The notes beneath the pieces were generated by a model. The model was not told the origin of the DNA, ran no database searches, and was given only the letters and a program-made list of their open reading frames with translations. 39,905 bases of DNA. Origin: Octopus bimaculoides. Its lineage: Eukaryota. Within the stretch, counting starts at the first letter, position 1, and the number at the start of each line of letters is the position of its first letter. The stretch covers positions 36,866,174 to 36,906,078 of the forward strand of contig NC_069001.1 of the NCBI RefSeq assembly GCF_001194135.2. Direction: 5' to 3'. Shown here in pieces: positions 11,852 through 24,387 of this stretch. The position numbers and the translations under genes were made by a program.

Positions 11852-11890
<39 letters not shown>

Positions 11891-12869
11891 TGAGTGAGTG
11901 AATAAGCGAAAGAAAGTAGCACCTGACACCTTCGATAGGAGTCACATATAATCTTTAATAACACCTGGGCTCAGCTGCACATGACCTGGAGTTTCATGGG
12001 TGCATACGTGCTTATCTTTTTTACCAGCTGAATGGTGTGGAGGAACATGAAATAAAGTGACTTGCTCAAGGACACAATGCTTCGCCAGGAATTGAACTCA
12101 TGATCTTATTATCATGAGCGAAATGCCCTTACCATTAAACCAGGAAACTGAAAGAAAGAAGTTGTGTGTGTGTGAGAGAGAGAGAGAGAGAAGAGTTACT
12201 TGATGGCCTTACCACCACAAATGCTGGTGAAATGACTTTTTTAACCTCCCAGTCCAAACAGTTTAACCTCACAGTCATACGGCACCTGATGATGATGCTG
12301 ATGAATATGGTGATGGAAGCAGTGATGATGATGATGATGATGATGATGGTGGTTGTGGTCGTGACAAAGCCGACAATGATAATATTAGGTCTGCCATAGC
12401 TAGCACGAGATATTATAGATGTGCACGATCACAAGGTTAAGAGATTAACCTCTTTATTTACAATCCAACTTTGGTTTTACAATGACAGCAGTCTCTCTCT
12501 CTCTTTGAAACACAGGTACAATAGAAACAAGAGGAAAGAGTGAGAGAAATTTGTGGTGAAAGAGTACAGCAGGGATCGTCACCACCCTCTGCCGGAGCCT
12601 CGGAGCCTCGTGGGCCAATCTGAAAATTATCATAAGCAGCCAAACCCTACCTGCCAGAGATGATAAGACTACAATGAAATCTTTTATGAAATGGCCAAGA
12701 GAAGCATTATCAGCATCTGGGAAGGTTTCTTATTGGTCGAGGCTGAGGGAGATGAGGCAACTTTCCAATATTGGCAGATAACCAGGCAACAACAACAACA
12801 GCAGCGGCGGCGGTGGTGGTGGTGGTAGTAGTGGTGGTGGTGATGGCAGTAGTAGTAGTAGTAGTGGCT

Positions 12870-13475
12870 TCAAATTTTGGCACAAAGTGAGCAATTCTGA
12901 TTAGGAGGACAAGCTGATTGCAATAACCCCAAAAGGCTGAAAGGCAAAGTCTACCTCAGCAGAATTTGAACTCGAAAGAAAAAGACAGACAAAATGCTGC
13001 TTAGCATTTTGCCTGGTGTGCTAACAGTTCAGCCAGCTCACAATAATAATAATAATAATCCTTTCTGCTAAAGGCACAAAGCCTGAAATTTGGCAGGAGA
13101 GGATTAGTTGATTACATCGACCCCAATGTTTCGCTGGTACTTAATTTACTGACTTCAAAAGGATGAAAGGCAAAGTCGACCTCGGCAGAATTTGAACCCA
13201 GAATGTAGTGGTGGGCAAAATACCACTCAGCATTTTACTTGCCAGCTCACTGCCTTAAATGATAATAATCATAACAATAATAATAATAATTCTTTCTTCT
13301 ATAAGCCTGCAATTTTTTTTTGGGGGGGGCGGTGTATTTGTTTCATCGACCCTAAGAGGATGAAAGACAAAGTCAATCCTGACAGAATTTGAACTCAGAA
13401 CACAAAGACATGAAATGCTGCTAAGCATTTCAGCCAGAGGGCTCATGATTCTGCCAGCTTGCTGACTTCTTAGTA

Positions 13476-13510
<35 letters not shown>
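12870..13510 (-). mobile_element. Chain of three family C SINEs separated by (AAT)n tracts
   Basis: Three occurrences of a(a)aggcaaagtc/aaagacaaagtc...cagaatttgaac...gccagct, each bounded by (AAT)n, all in the same orientation. Confidence 0.8.
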
Positions 13511-15499
13511 CAAAACATCAGGACTTATGAATATATATAACACAGAGAAAATAGCACTGCTAGGCACTGCACACAGCCTATGTAAAACACTTTCAACGCA
13601 GTAAAAATAGCAACACTAAAACAAACCACAGCACATACCCAAGGCACACAGAACTGTGCTCAGTAGTGCAGTGAAAGCACGTAATAAAAATAGAACAACT
13701 GAATAATAATAATAATAATAACTGCTTGTGTTGTGCAAGTGATACATTAAGTATCCAACCACATTGACAGTTTTTTGTTTTTATTTATTTATATATATAT
13801 TTATACGACACAAATGTAAAATTTTTAAATTGTTTTTTTAAACTGGTCTGAAAGCAGAACATGTCTAGAATTCTGGTTTCCATATAAATTTTCTGCTGTG
13901 TGTATAGCTGGAATTTTTTAATTAACTTTAGCAGGGAAAGACAAAAAAAAACAAAAAAAACAATAACAATAATAATAATGCTTCACTTCTCCAGAAATAG
14001 ATTATTGGAATTCTTGGTGTGAATTCTAAATTGAATATAAAAAATAGACACATACATTGAAGATAAAATAAGCTAGGACTATATAAAAACAAAAATTTAA
14101 AAAACTGGGGGTGGGGGGTGGATAATCCTTGCTTTTGTGTCCCTTTCCAGAGATCAAGGAACCACAAGCTGATACTTATCTCAGATTTATTATAGCCTCA
14201 AAGACCCTTAAACTCTTTTGATACCAGCCTGCCCACTTCCTGGCAAGTGGAAGGGAAGGAGGGAGGAAAGACCCTCAAACTAGGGACCCCGGCCTGAATG
14301 CTTGCAAAACAGTGGACTCTGCTAAAGACACCCAAGGAACCAGGGGTATGAAATGTTTTGGCACAGCCATTTTGGTGCCACTTATTTGGTGTTGGTGGTT
14401 CAATACTGACTTATTTGACATCATAAGTTTTAACCTCAGCAGAATTTGAACTCAGAACGTAAAGATAGACGAAATGCTGCAAAGCATTTTGCCCAGCGTG
14501 CTAATGTTTCTGCCAGCTCGCCGCTTTAGTGCCAAATTATAGTGTCATGCTGAATGTCCAGAGACATTAGAGAAGCTTTGCCCCATGGCAGAGACTGCAG
14601 GAGCTGCTCAGAGGATTTTACAAGCTCTTCTTCTGAATCCATTGCAATGTCAGAAAGCCTTCTGTATCATTCGCAGACATCTCAGGATCACAGGTGATTT
14701 GCCTCTCGTCCTGTACACTTTGCCTGAGTGGGACAATGAGGACTGAATTAGTATTTGCCTACAGAAGGATTCCACTTACATCCACCTTCAGCTGGTTTCA
14801 GCTGCCATTCCTGTCCCCTTGATGGCTGAGATTTTAAATTGAAATCATGAGTACTGAGTATACACACACACACACACACTAAACTAAACTAGACAAACAA
14901 ATACATCGAGAGAGACACACAGACACAGTTTATGGAATCAGAATTACTGGCACTTTAGAAAACTGAACCAATTTTGGTTGGATTAGGTCCTCATTGCTGC
15001 TTTTCCATTCATATTTGGTTAATGCCTCACAATAGATCCTTTATGCTGCTTCTTTCTCTCTATCATTATCTCTGAATGCCAGACTACTTCTATCACACAC
15101 ACACACACACCTATATATACTTCCACTGCATGCACTTAATTAATTAGTTATCCGAAATGCTTCACACTTTCCATTTCCAACCCTTCATATATCTTTACTA
15201 CACAAGGCAATTAACTGTTTAAATCATAAACAACCGCCCCCCCCCCAGCCATATACAATTGCAATCACACACACGCGCGCGCGCCTTTGCCACTGCCACT
15301 ATCACAACCACCAATTCCCTTCAGGGCCCCTTTAGTAAATTAATCAACAAAATGGCTGAATACATGAAGTTCACTGAAGCAGAAATCTCAGTAAATGCAG
15401 CACACACAGACAGACAGACAGACACACACACACAAATGGCACATTACCCAAACAGAGATTAACAGCAACACTAAATACAACACTCTCTTATATTTGCAT

Positions 15500-15900
15500 C
15501 TATGTTTGTGTGTGTGTGGGGAATCATTACATGTGTGTGTGTGTACATGTGTATGTGGGCATCATTTTGCATGTGTGTGTTTGTGTGTGTGTATATGTCT
15601 GTGGGCATCGTTTTGTGTATGTGTGTGTATATATATGTCTGCGTGTGTATGTGGACATCATTGTGTGTGCATGTGTGTGTGTATGTGTGTATATATGTTT
15701 GCGTGTGTATGTGATCCTCATTATGTGTGTGTGTGTCTGCGTGTGTACGTGGGCATCATTTTATGTGTGTGTGTGTGAGTGCATATGTCTATTTTATATG
15801 TGTACTTTCAATCATTATTTACTGTTCCAAAAATGCAAATGTGCATGTGTGCATGCATGTGTGCATGCATGTGTATGTGTGTGTATATGAGTGGATGGAT
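15500..15900 (+). repeat. Compound (GT)/(AT) microsatellite with recurring GTGGGCATCATT anchors
   Basis: About six anchor variants (gtggggaatcatt, gtgggcatcatt, gtgggcatcgtt, gtggacatcatt, gtgatcctcatt, gtgggcatcatt) separated by dinucleotide tracts. Confidence 0.8.
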
Positions 15901-16299
15901 GCATGGACAGACAGACAGACAGACGGAAAATAGATGGATGCAAGTTATGTATGGATAGGTGCATGCATGCATGGGTGTATTTAGAATGTGTGTGCATTTG
16001 TGTGTGTGTAAGAGAGAGAAAGAGAATATATATGTCTATAGGAAATAAAAATCTATGAATGTGGAGTGATTTCAAGAGGAATGTAGTGCTGGGGGAGGAA
16101 GGACTGGGGACTAAAACGAAAGCTGTTTTCTCCTGCAGGGTCTGAGAGTTGACACACAATAAGGATAACGAGAGAAAGAGAACTGATTGGTTGGGATGGA
16201 TGAAGGTGGAGGTGGAGGTACGCAGTTAGACATTCCAAAGAGCAGTTATTGTTTTAGTAGTGATAGAAGGGACAGAAAGACAGGAAACAGCACATGCCT

Positions 16300-16660
16300 T
16301 ACTGGCACTTGCAGCTGCATTCATCTGGGGTGGGTTAAGCCGGCTCCGATTCCTCAGAGTTTCTGTAGGAATACAAGTTCACGTGTGGTCCCTGATCACA
16401 TGCAAACAGTCTTTGGGATAGTTTGATCCGTAGCAGCACATCTTGCTGTCGATTGTCAACCATCACAGAGTATTCGCTAAGTCACTGCCGGTTATTGGAG
16501 CAAACATAGCCTGGGCTTGAAGCAGGTTCTAGAGACATGCTTTAACATAAGCTAAGGGATGCCTCACTCCTGGTGGTCTTCCAGCAGGCTGGACGACAAC
16601 CCGGAATATCCGAGAGCCCATGCTATTGCTTGATAGTCGTTGAACCTACACCATGTTTAT
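16300..16660 (-). mobile_element. Probable degenerate LINE (RTE-like) 3' end
   Basis: The minus strand gives RIFRVVVQPAGRPPG and VMVDNRQQ fragments, reminiscent of the RTE ORF C-terminus (GRPxGRP, DRxxW). Heavily decayed. Confidence 0.35.
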
Positions 16661-17162
16661 CCATCCTTTTTACAGGCCTCATTTTTATTCTAGCAACCTT
16701 CCTCACCAGGCAAGCCTAGTGAGGAGGACTGCTAGAAACCCAGCAGGACTAAACAAGACCTGTCAAAAGAACCTGTATATATTTTTGGTAGAAGTCAATT
16801 TGGTAAGTAAATTCGTGGACAGATAGTTCTCAAGAGCAGTTTCAGCTGTGGTAGGGGACAAGAGGGACAGAGAGATAGAAAGCAATACAGGCCAGTAGAT
16901 ATTTCTGGTAGAAGTCAGTTTGATAAGTAAATCCTTAAACAAAGCTGTTGTTACAGAAATATATTTTGATCAGTATTTCTCATCCAGTGATGGTGCAGGG
17001 GAGGAGGGGGGGTACCTGTGCTGACAAGTTGCCATGTTTCATAAAACTAAGATGGTTTTTGAATTTTTTAAAAATTAGTTCAACACCATGGTGAAGAAGG
17101 AAGAATTATCGACCATGGCGGAATTTGAACACAGAACGTTAAAGGTGGACGAAATGCCACAA

Positions 17163-17566
17163 GCGCAGGAGTGGCTGTGTGGTAAGTAGCTTGCTTACCA
17201 ACCACATAGTTCCGGGTTCAGTCCCACTGCGTGGCATCTTGGGCAAGTGTCTTCTATTATAGCCTCGGGCCGACCAAAGCCTTGTGAGTGGATTTGGTAG
17301 ACGGAAACTGAAAGAAGCCCGTCGTATATATGTATATATATATATGTGTGTGTGTTTGTGTGTCTGTGTTTGTCTCCCTAGCATTGCTTGACAACCGATG
17401 CTGGTGTGTTTATGTCCCCGTCACTTAGCGGTTCGGCAAAAAGAGACCGATAGAATAAGTACTAGGCTTCCAAAGAATAAGTCCTGAGGTCGATTTGCTC
17501 GACTAAAGGCGGTGCCCCAGAATGGCCGCAGTCAAATGACTGAAACAAGTAAAAGAGTAAAGAGTA
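17163..17566 (+). mobile_element. Full-length tRNA-derived SINE, family A (internal microsatellite, TAAAAGAG tail)
   Basis: A-box-like GGAGTGGCTGTGTGG, B-box-like GGGTTCAGTCCC, central CTTGGGCAAGTGTCTTC, internal (TA)/(GT) tract and a repetitive tail. Highly similar copies lie at 24005 and 28786. Confidence 0.9.
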
Positions 17567-18117
17567 AAGCGTTTTGCCCAGCGTGCGACTGATTCTGTCA
17601 GCTTGCTGCCTTAATGCAATAACACTAGTTTCTCTGCGACCTGATTTCAGGCCATGAATTACGAAGGACAACAACAGCAGCAGCAGCAACAGCAACAATA
17701 ACCATAAAATTGAAAGACAAAAACCGCTTTTGACAATAAACTTTTATTCTCAGCAACACAAAGAAATACCAAGTGAACTTTGGAAGGAAGTCGGAATTGT
17801 TATGGCCAAACAGTAAGTAAGTCACGTTTGAATAATTATTACACTTGGTTCAGTGTTACTCGTAAAAATAGGGGTGGGTGGCCCTTGGAAATGGAGGAGG
17901 AGGGAACTGAGACGATTGAAAGGGGAGAGAGAGAGAGGGAAGGGTGGAAGGGGCAGACAAGTTGATTTTTCCAACTTATGCCAGTACAGAAAGTGGGTGT
18001 AATGGTGAGACAATGATGATGATGATGATAACAACATGATGGTGATGATGATGATGATGAAAATAGAATTAAGATTGTTTTAAGATTTTTTTGTCTGACA
18101 ACATGGTAAATTGTGAT

Positions 18118-18320
18118 GATGCGGTTAAGAAACTTGCTTCCCAACCATGTAGTTTTGAGTTCAGTCCCACTGCACAGCACCATAGAAAAGTGTCTTCTAT
18201 TATGGTCCTGGGCCAACCAAAGCTTTGTGAGTGAATTTGGTAAGCGGAAACTAAAAGAAACCCATCATGTATGTGTGTGTGTGTGTGTGTGCATGCATGC
18301 GTGCCTTTCACCGTTGTGGT
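18118..18320 (+). mobile_element. Degenerate SINE family A head
   Basis: gagttcagtcccactgc...gggccaaccaaagctttgtgagtgaatttgg followed by (GT)n. Confidence 0.7.
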
Positions 18321-19578
18321 TGTTTGGAATCTCTGTGTTGGATATTCCAAATGCAATTGGACGCATGACCAAAATGGATCACCGAAGGAGTTCTTTATTG
18401 CGTTATGTTACAGAGAAGTGAGTGTGTTTGTCGAGGTTGATGTTGTTTAGCCCCAGGTCGACCTGGATCAAGCAGATCTATGATCAAAGTCATTCTAGTC
18501 ATTACCATCCTACCATCCTGTCTTTTTTCTTTCGGGGTTCATAAGACTACATTGCTTAATGTGTCCCTTCTTTTCTTAAAATACTAGGATCTGATTTGAA
18601 GAAATTTTGGCTGTTATTTCTAGCATGCTGAGTGACCTCATAGAAGCTCCTGCTCCTTTGGAATGTGAATAAGAGGGGTGGGCATGGGTCTTTGAACATG
18701 ACTATGTACTTGGCCTTGGCATTCAGAGCAATCCAAAAGTGGGTGGTGAGAGGGGAGGGTCTCTCCTGATAGGTGGTCATCACTTTGGAACCTTAAAAGA
18801 AAAACCTAATTATATAGACATACACACAATGTATAGAGCATTCTACTTGTCTTCTCCCCACTGTAGCCCTTCCCTATCCTCATAATATGACTGTCATGTG
18901 ATGTCTCACATACATGACCCTTGGAACTTTCCAAATGGAACATTAACCAACCATGTTGATCTCACCAGTTACAGCTCTCCATTTCTGGTGAGATGCATTG
19001 AACATGAACCTAATTAATTGTCATCCTTCTGGACAAAAAGCAAAGTTAGCTTTTTTTTTTTTAATTATATACTCTAAACGGTAAATTGCTTGTCTTATTT
19101 TATCTAAAATCTAATAGTAGTTATTAAAGAAAAAAAAGAGAGACATACTAATGCGTTGATCTACTACTTTGGTATGTCTGAAAGAATGTTATATATCTTA
19201 TTAATCAGTTTGTCATTATATTTCATATAAAATACTCTGCCTGGCTGTACAATTTCATCTTAAATATATAATTATCAAAATCCAGGATTTGGAGGGGTTT
19301 AGTAAAATAACTAGATTCTCCAATGTTAAGCTGATGTTTATAACATAATGAAAGATTCCTACAATACATGCTGGGTTGATTCTTGAATAATGGGGTGTAT
19401 TGTGTCCTTCAGCAAGACACTTCACTTTACACTATCATGAACTATCCAAACGATATGGGTACAAGACAAGTGTTGATGCAGCATTTTCTCCCTCCGTCAA
19501 TCAAACTCCGAATGGTTAACTGTATCAAAGTGGAGGAGGCTGAGAGGATGTCTATGTCTGCTCGTTATCATATTAATA

Positions 19579-19800
19579 TAAGGCGGCGAGCTGGCAGAAT
19601 CATTAGCATGCTGGACAAAATTCTTAGTGGTATTTTGCACATCGATACGTTCTAAGTTCAAATTCCATCGAGGTTGGCTTTGCCTTTCATCCTTACAGGG
19701 TCGATAAATGAAGTACCAGTTGCATACTGGGGTCGATCTAATCGACTGGTTCCCTCCCCCAAAATTTTGGGCCTTGTACCGAGAGTAGAAAAGAATATTA
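19579..19800 (+). mobile_element. tRNA-like-headed SINE, family C, full length
   Basis: AAGGCGGCGAGCTGGCAGAATC head, GTTCAAATTCC B-box-like motif, TTTGCCTTTCATCC and GTACCAGTTGC...GGGGTCGAT body. Other copies at about 4459-4662(+), 19811-19930(+), 14425-14487(-), 36615-36830(-), 38335-38480(-) and 39060-39250(-). Confidence 0.82.
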
Positions 19801-20612
19801 TATTGATATCAAGGCGGCAAGTTGGCAGAATCGTTGGCACATTGGGCGAAATGCTTAGCGGTATTTTGCCAGTCATTACGTTCTGAGTTCAAATTCCGCT
19901 GAGGTAAACTTTGCCTTTCATCCTTTCAGGAGATGAAATACCGCAAAGTATTTCAACCGACGTGCTAACAATTCTGCCAGCTCACTGCCTTAAACCATCA
20001 CGTGAGGTCAGAGCAAGAGAGACAGACACACACTCACACACACACACAAACACACACATATATATGGGCTTCTTTCAGTTTCTCTCTACCAAATCCACTG
20101 ACAAGGCTTTGATTGCCCCTGGGGCTAAAGTAAAAGACACTCGTTCAAAACGCCACACAATGGGATTGAATGCAAAACCACATGAGCTCAAAGTAAACAT
20201 CATAACCAATAACAACACAGCCATTTTCTTAAACAAATAATAAATACCTGTCGGGTGTCAGTTGATTCATTAAGCCAGGTACATCTTGTTTAACCAGATG
20301 AAAGTCATGCCATTAAAGTAAATGACAAAACTAAACATAAACAAAAAAAGAAAAACAGTATCAGATATGAAGACTTTAAATGCTGCATGCCATGTTGTTA
20401 TGAAGCAATGTCTACCTCTAGAAAATCTCCTTCAGGTGGGCAGTTTCTGTAGCTCTCACAGTCTTTGTTTTCTCGGTTAAATAATCTTCCTTCTCTTCCT
20501 CCTCCCCCACATCATCATCATCATCATCATCATTATTACTGTCGTAGTCATTGTTGTTGTCAGTATCACCATCTTCACTGTTGTTTGTTCTTACCATTTG
20601 ATTATCCCTGCT

Positions 20613-20862
20613 GACATGTGGCCGAGTGGTCAGGGGTATTCAGCTCAAGATCATGAGGTTGTAAGTTCAATTCCTTGAGCAAGACACTTTATTTCACATT
20701 GCTCCAGTTCACTCCACTGGCAAGAATGAGCTGTACCTGTAATTCAAAGGGGGCCAGCCTTATCACATTCTGTGTCACACTGAATCCCCTTGAGAACTAC
20801 ATTAAGGGTGCATGCATGTCTGTGGAGCACTCAGCCACTTGCATGTTAACTTCACAGACATG
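20613..20862 (+). mobile_element. SINE family B copy
   Basis: Colinear with 2045-2285. Confidence 0.82.
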
Positions 20863-21467
20863 TAATTCAAGATACATCATCTAAAAAGGTGGGATGGTCG
20901 AAGCTGGAATGGCTTTGATCATAGACTTACTTCATCAGGGCCAACAAAGAAGACAAGAGCCAGATTAAATACCTTATCCCCTATACTATCATCTGTTCTG
21001 GATAACAAGCTTCTACATGGTCATTTAATGTGCTAAAAATAGCAGCCAAATCTCCCTCGTATCAGAGCACACTATCTTAAAAGACACTTAAGGCAGTTGA
21101 AACAATGACCTACACCAGTGCACTTGGAGGTAGATTGTTACCAACATTAGTGCACCCAATATTTTGAATTCCTGTCAGTCAAATCAGACAAAACATTTAC
21201 ACACACACACACATAAACACATTGGGAATGAACTGAAAAAGAGCGGATAGTGGAGAGAACAGAGGAAGGGTGCAATATGTGAACCCTGCACTCTATATGA
21301 TTTATTTCTACATGTCAGGGGGTATATTAGGGTGTTCAGTTAGGTCAAGGCATAGTAGAAAGGGTATAACCGGATTATATGTCTGCTTAATTAAGCAGAC
21401 CAATGATCAACAGTATTCCAGCTGTGACCATCCTGTTTCAATTTCAATTATATGCTTCTCTCTTTAA

Positions 21468-21690
21468 CCCTTTCGATACCAACCCGGCTGAAACCGCCTC
21501 TGGCTCTGTAGTACAAATGTCTTGGTTTCATAAGTTTTGAATCAAAATCTTCCACCAAACCTTGGTCACAATTTATGTTCCTCACACCAGCTTAGTGATA
21601 ACTAAATCATTTTACTAAATTCTTTGTTAGATTTAAAATTAATTGAAAGGAAACACAGAGCATCTCAAGATAAATATGGTAACAAAAGGG
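21468..21690 (+). mobile_element. piggyBac-type MITE (TTAA-CCCTTT...AAAGGG-TTAA)
   Basis: TTAA at 21464-7 and 21691-4, with CCCTTT/AAAGGG termini. The interior motifs CTTCCATCAAA, CACCAGCTTA and TTTTACTAAATTC recur in other copies. Confidence 0.75.
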
Positions 21691-22216
21691 TTAAGACAGT
21701 AGGATGTGAATTGAAAGAAATTGGTTACTGTTTCTAGCAGGCTGGTTAACTGCATAGTCATATTTCTCATCCCATTGGCTCATTATCTTAATAGGCCCCA
21801 CAGAGTCAATAAGTGCTAATCTCCATTCGTAGATATATATATATATGTCATGGACTTTCCAGTTATTAGACAACACATGAGAGTTTGGCAATTTCTTGCC
21901 GAACAACCACACAGATGATTTGTTTACAGTGTTCAAATGTTTGTGTACACATAAACTCACTCCCCCCCCCCCCATCAGATCGACATACCTGTAGAGGTGC
22001 AACTGGGTACCACATGTCAGACGATAAAATGATTGCATATCATAAGATTAATGAGAAGGATCATAACAACAATAAAGATAAAAATCTAAATAAATACCAT
22101 TGCACTGTAAAAACTTTAATTAGTAATGATTCATCTATAGAAAAATTACAATTAATTTTAGGGCCCAAAAATTTTAATGAATTTCCATTACAAGATTATG
22201 ATCAGATTCTTCAACT

Positions 22217-22810
22217 ATGAAATTATAATTAGCTTAGTGCTAAGTTATGACTAAAAGTTATGATTATCACAGGGCTAAAGTTAAGACTGCCTCAGGACTA
22301 AAAGGTGTGATCGGCTGACAGGTAATAGTTATGATTAACTCAGGGATAAAAGTTATAATTAGCATGGGACTAAAGTTATGACTAATTAGCAAGGTAAAAA
22401 GTTATAATTAACTATGACTAGCTTACAGCTAACAGCTTTAAATTTATAAAATTTATGACTAGCTGAGGGTTAGAAAGTTATAATTAGTTTAGGACTAAAA
22501 GTTGTGAATAGCTTAGGTCTAAAGGATAAGACTAGCTTAAGGGCTAAAAGTTATGATTAGCTTAGGACTAAGTTATGATTAGTTCAGTGCTAAAAGTTAT
22601 GATCAGATTAAGGCTAAAAGTTATAATTACTGAGGGCTAATATCATCATTAGCTTCAGGTGAAAATTACCATCAGCTAAGGTATAAAAATTAACAATTAG
22701 GTTAGGGTAAAAAATTGCAATAATCTTCAGTTTAAAATCTACGATTAAGCTTCAGCTAAAATAAATAAACATATAAAAAATTATGATTAGTCTTCAGCTA
22801 AAAAAAATGC
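22217..22810 (+). repeat. Degenerate ~24-bp minisatellite (consensus about CTAAAAGTTATGATTAGCTTAGGG)
   Basis: The AAAGTTAT(G/A)A(T/C)T core recurs every 23-25 bp, roughly two dozen units, decaying toward both ends. Confidence 0.85.
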
Positions 22811-23154
22811 AACAATAATTTTGGTAAGGCTGTAGAGTGTTTATAATTAGTCCAGTAATGGACTCTATAGAAACAGTCTGAAAATCTATTTACATAACAG
22901 AGTCAACATTGATATGAATAGAGGGAATTAACTTAGGAGGATGGGTGGGAAACAAGAACTTGTATTGATTTCGTTCTTTTTCCATTTTTCTCCATTTTTT
23001 CAATATATTTTCTCCTATATTTTGGGGGTAGGGGTGGGGAGACAGAGAAAGGGAGTTGTGGAGCCTATTGTCTAACTTTACAATCACAAACAGTTATTTT
23101 TGCCTTTGTTCATTACAGAAATAATCTTCATTCTCATTATGTATTTATTCTAAT

Positions 23155-23440
23155 ATACATGTATGCATATATATATGTGTGTGTATTTATATATTTATGT
23201 AAAGGTATGTATATGTGTATATATGTATATGTGTGTGTGTGTATGTATATATATCTATATCTCTATATACATATATATATGTGTATGTATATATATACAT
23301 GCATATATATATGTGTGTGTGTGTATATATATATATTTATATATGTATGCATATATATATATATGTATGTATGCATATATATATATATATACACATATAT
23401 GTATGTATGTATGTATGTATATATATATCTATGTGTGTGT
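23155..23440. repeat. Compound (TA)/(TG)/(TATG) microsatellite
   Basis: Directly visible. It gives rise to several spurious YIYI/CVCV ORFs. Confidence 0.9.
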
Positions 23441-24004
23441 TGGTACACTGTATTTATTATGGTAGTTTTGACTTTAAGAGTCCCTCATAGCGTGAGGCAT
23501 TCATGTATAGTAATGCCCTTAATATAAATAAATATATTTAAAGGGAATAATTAAAAATGTTTTCCTTATGAGGCTTTTCACGCCGACTACTTGATAAATT
23601 CTTCTAAAGATTTTATCCTATTTTTAAATATATATATATATACATATATATACCATATACAAACATGAGTTTTTAGGAAAATATATAAATATATGATAGT
23701 ATGCAAATACAGACTGAACATTAGTGGGGTCTCATTCATCAATAAGTGATATTACAAAACACTTAACCAGATAACTGAATAGAAATAAACATGAACTGTA
23801 TAATGATTTCTCATGACTAAGTACAAAGACATGTTAGGATTTTTTTTTTATCATTTTCATTGTGTGAATGGGTAGAGAAGGAGGGAAATGGTGGGAGTAA
23901 ATAGAGTTGGTTACCTCCATCGACCTCATCTCTACCATGACCACCTCCAAGTAATGTTAGTGGAGTTTATTTTATAGATCTCTGAGGAATGCAGGAATAT
24001 GTAA

Positions 24005-24387
24005 TAGGAGTGGCTGTGTGGTAAGTAGCTTGCTTACGAACCACAAGGTACCTTGGGCAAGTGTCTTCTTCTACTATAGCCTCAGGCCGACCAAAACCTT
24101 GAGTAGATTTGGTAGATGGAAACTGAAAGAAGCCCATCATATATATGTATATATATATATGTATGTGTGTGTATGTGTTTGTGTGTCTGTGTTTGTCCCC
24201 CAACATCGCTTGACAACCGATGCTGGTGTGTTTACGTCCCCGTAACTTAGCGGTTCGGCAAAAGAGATCGATAAAATAAGTCCTAGGCTTACAAAGAATA
24301 AGTCCTGGGGTCGATTTGCTCGACTAAAGGCGGTGCTCCAGCATGGCCGCAGTCAAAATGACTGAAACAAGTAAAAGGGTAAAAGAG
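24005..24387 (+). mobile_element. SINE family A copy with the B-box segment deleted
   Basis: Colinear with 17163-17566 except for loss of the tagttccgggttcagtcccactgcgtgg segment. Confidence 0.88.

Noticed and set aside
14560-14830. GC-richer segment that might be an exon or LINE fragment (also 34680-34960)
   Set aside because: Stops occur in the frames examined, and I found no recognisable motif or consistent splice signals.
15500-15780. CRISPR-like repeat-spacer appearance (also considered for 22217-22810 and 2489-2664)
   Set aside because: Repeats are short and degenerate, spacers are low-complexity or homologous to each other, there are no cas genes, and the context is eukaryotic.
15395-15933. 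Cys/Val-rich ORFs resembling metallothionein or keratin-associated proteins
   Set aside because: Translation of (GT)n microsatellite in all frames. The same applies to 23159-23527.
16775-16950. ~50-bp direct repeat (tatttttggtagaagtcaatttggtaagtaaat / tatttctggtagaagtcagtttgataagtaaat)
   Set aside because: Two diverged copies ~120 bp apart with no associated coding or terminal features, so an ordinary local duplication rather than LTRs.
17163-17235. tRNA gene at SINE heads
   Set aside because: A/B-box-like motifs are present but I could not fold a cloverleaf, and the sequence continues into multi-copy SINE bodies.
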